64,000 nucleotides of DNA from Eledone cirrhosa (Eukaryota): the NCBI GenBank assembly GCA_964016885.1, contig OZ024744.1, positions 3,286,001-3,350,000 on the forward strand. The letters run 5' to 3'. A model generated the notes under the pieces. It ran no database searches. It was not told the origin of the DNA and was given only the letters and a program-made list of their open reading frames with translations. This document shows, in pieces, positions 63,401-64,000 of this stretch. Made by a program: the position numbers and the translations under genes. How positions within the stretch are numbered: position 1 is the first letter of the stretch; each line of letters begins with the position of its first letter.

Positions 63401-64000
63401 CGAAGTTTTGGGGGAAGACAAGGTAGAGAAAGATAGCTTGGTGAAGGACGAGGTTTTGAGGGAAGACAAGGTAGAGAAAGATAGCTTGGTGAAGAACGAC
63501 GTTTTGTGGGAAGACAAGGTAGAGAAAGATAGCTTGGTGAAGAACGAAGTTTTGTGGGAAGACAAGGTAGAGAAAGATAGCTTGGTGAAGAACGAAGTTT
63601 TGGGGGAAGACAAGGTAGAGAAAGATAGCTTGGTGAAAAACGAAGTTTTGGGGGAAGACAAGGTAGAGAAAGATAGCTTGGTGAACAACGAAGTTTTGGG
63701 GGAAGACAAGGTAGAGAAAGATAGCTTGGTGAAGAACGAAGTTTTGGGGAAGACAATGTAGAGAAAGATATATTGGTGAAGAACGAAGTTTTGGGGGAAG
63801 ACAAGGTAGAGAAAGATAGCTTGGTGAAGAACGAAGTTTTGAGGGAAGACAAGGTAGAGAAAGATAGCTTGGTGAATAACGAAGTTTTGGGAGAAGACAA
63901 GGTAGAGAAAGATAGCTTGGTGAAGAACGACGTTTTGAGGGAAGACAAGGTAGAGAAAGATAGCTTGGTGAAGAACGAAGTTTTGGGGAAGACAATGTAG
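60208..64000 (+). repeat. Long-range copy of ~44400..48192 (offset 15,808 bp)
   Basis: Six ORF pairs differ by exactly 15808 (for example 45234/61042, 46815/62623 and 47965/63773). The private variant GGACGAGGTT has its C at 47641 and 63449. Confidence 0.85.

Larger units (their letters stand above)
1..64000 (+). repeat. 48-bp monomer tandem satellite array (~1,335 head-to-tail copies, runs off both window ends)
   Basis: Every part of the window reads as the consensus TTGGTGAAGAACGAAGTTTTGGGGGAAGACAAGGTAGAGAAAGATAGC with a few substitutions per copy. The ORF translations show a 16-aa period. The only length variants seen are 47-bp and 49-bp monomers. All copies are in the same orientation. 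Confidence 0.99.
23415..64000 (+). repeat. Right subfamily domain of the array
   Basis: The variants GTTATGGGG (first at 23415), GTTCTGAG, GATATC, TTTTGACGG, TGTGTGAAGACAAGCTA, GAGTAAG, GAAGGACG, GACAGC and GTGTAG are confined to this region. GTATAG stops and 47/49-bp monomers are frequent here. Confidence 0.85.

Noticed and set aside
259-63995. Giant minus-strand ORFs (up to 3678 aa, for example 8941..19977)
   Set aside because: The consensus has no TTA, CTA or TCA on the + strand, so all three minus frames are open by default. The ORFs overlap in all frames, switch between three unrelated peptides at each indel, and end only at rare variants.
9-64000. Series of + strand ORFs as an operon of repeat proteins, with stop and restart 11 nt apart or programmed frameshifting at the G-run
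   Set aside because: The starts are the TTG present in every monomer. There are no unique domains, signal peptides or convincing ribosome-binding sites, and frameshifts and nonsense variants are freely amplified. The -1/+1 indels do not restore the frame overall.
1-64000. CRISPR array or other repeat-spacer system
   Set aside because: There are no unique spacers. The entire 48 bp is repeated with only point variants, the monomer is not palindromic, and there are no cas or other genes in the window.
1-64000. G-quadruplex array from the G4-G6 runs
   Set aside because: Only one G-run of 3 or more occurs per monomer, with ~43-nt loops, and it is often interrupted by A or T. This does not fit the canonical motif.
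580-64000. G-run length changes as long-read homopolymer errors hiding one giant intact ORF
   Set aside because: G4 is linked to the AAT substitution and G6 occurs in fixed contexts that repeat at exact duplication offsets. Substitution-derived stops (GTATAG, GAGTAA, GTGTAG) would remain in any case.
1-64000. Nucleosome phasing (3 x 48 = 144 bp, 4 x 48 = 192 bp)
   Set aside because: This is a numerical coincidence only. I saw no 3- or 4-monomer periodicity in the variants and no clear 10-bp A/T periodicity.

Overview
The whole 64 kb window is one uninterrupted head-to-tail tandem array (satellite DNA) of a 48-bp monomer, consensus TTGGTGAAGAACGAAGTTTTGGGGGAAGACAAGGTAGAGAAAGATAGC. There are about 1,335 copies (window length / 48). 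The consensus is ~44% GC, and the + strand is 75% purine with only 3 C per monomer. I saw no unique sequence, inversion, mobile element, RNA gene or recognisable protein gene. The ORF track is a by-product of the repeat: one + frame of the monomer is open (LVKNEVLGEDKVEKDS) and all three - frames lack stops. The information lies in the order of monomer variants. (i) There are two subfamily domains with a mosaic transition at ~22-30.5 kb. (ii) The left domain has nested 7-mer/14-mer higher-order repeats. (iii) Many kb-scale duplications are marked by private variants (offsets 2974, 3406, 3021, 1725, 3494, 1388, 2156, 1629, 3354, 10730 and 15808 bp), and one junction maps to ~6 bp. (iv) A divergent ~7-monomer cassette recurs 11 times on the right. 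(v) The + reading frame decays from left to right, which raises the unproven possibility that the satellite arose from a coding repeat. Organism, satellite family and function cannot be determined from this window, and I found no supportable novel gene system.
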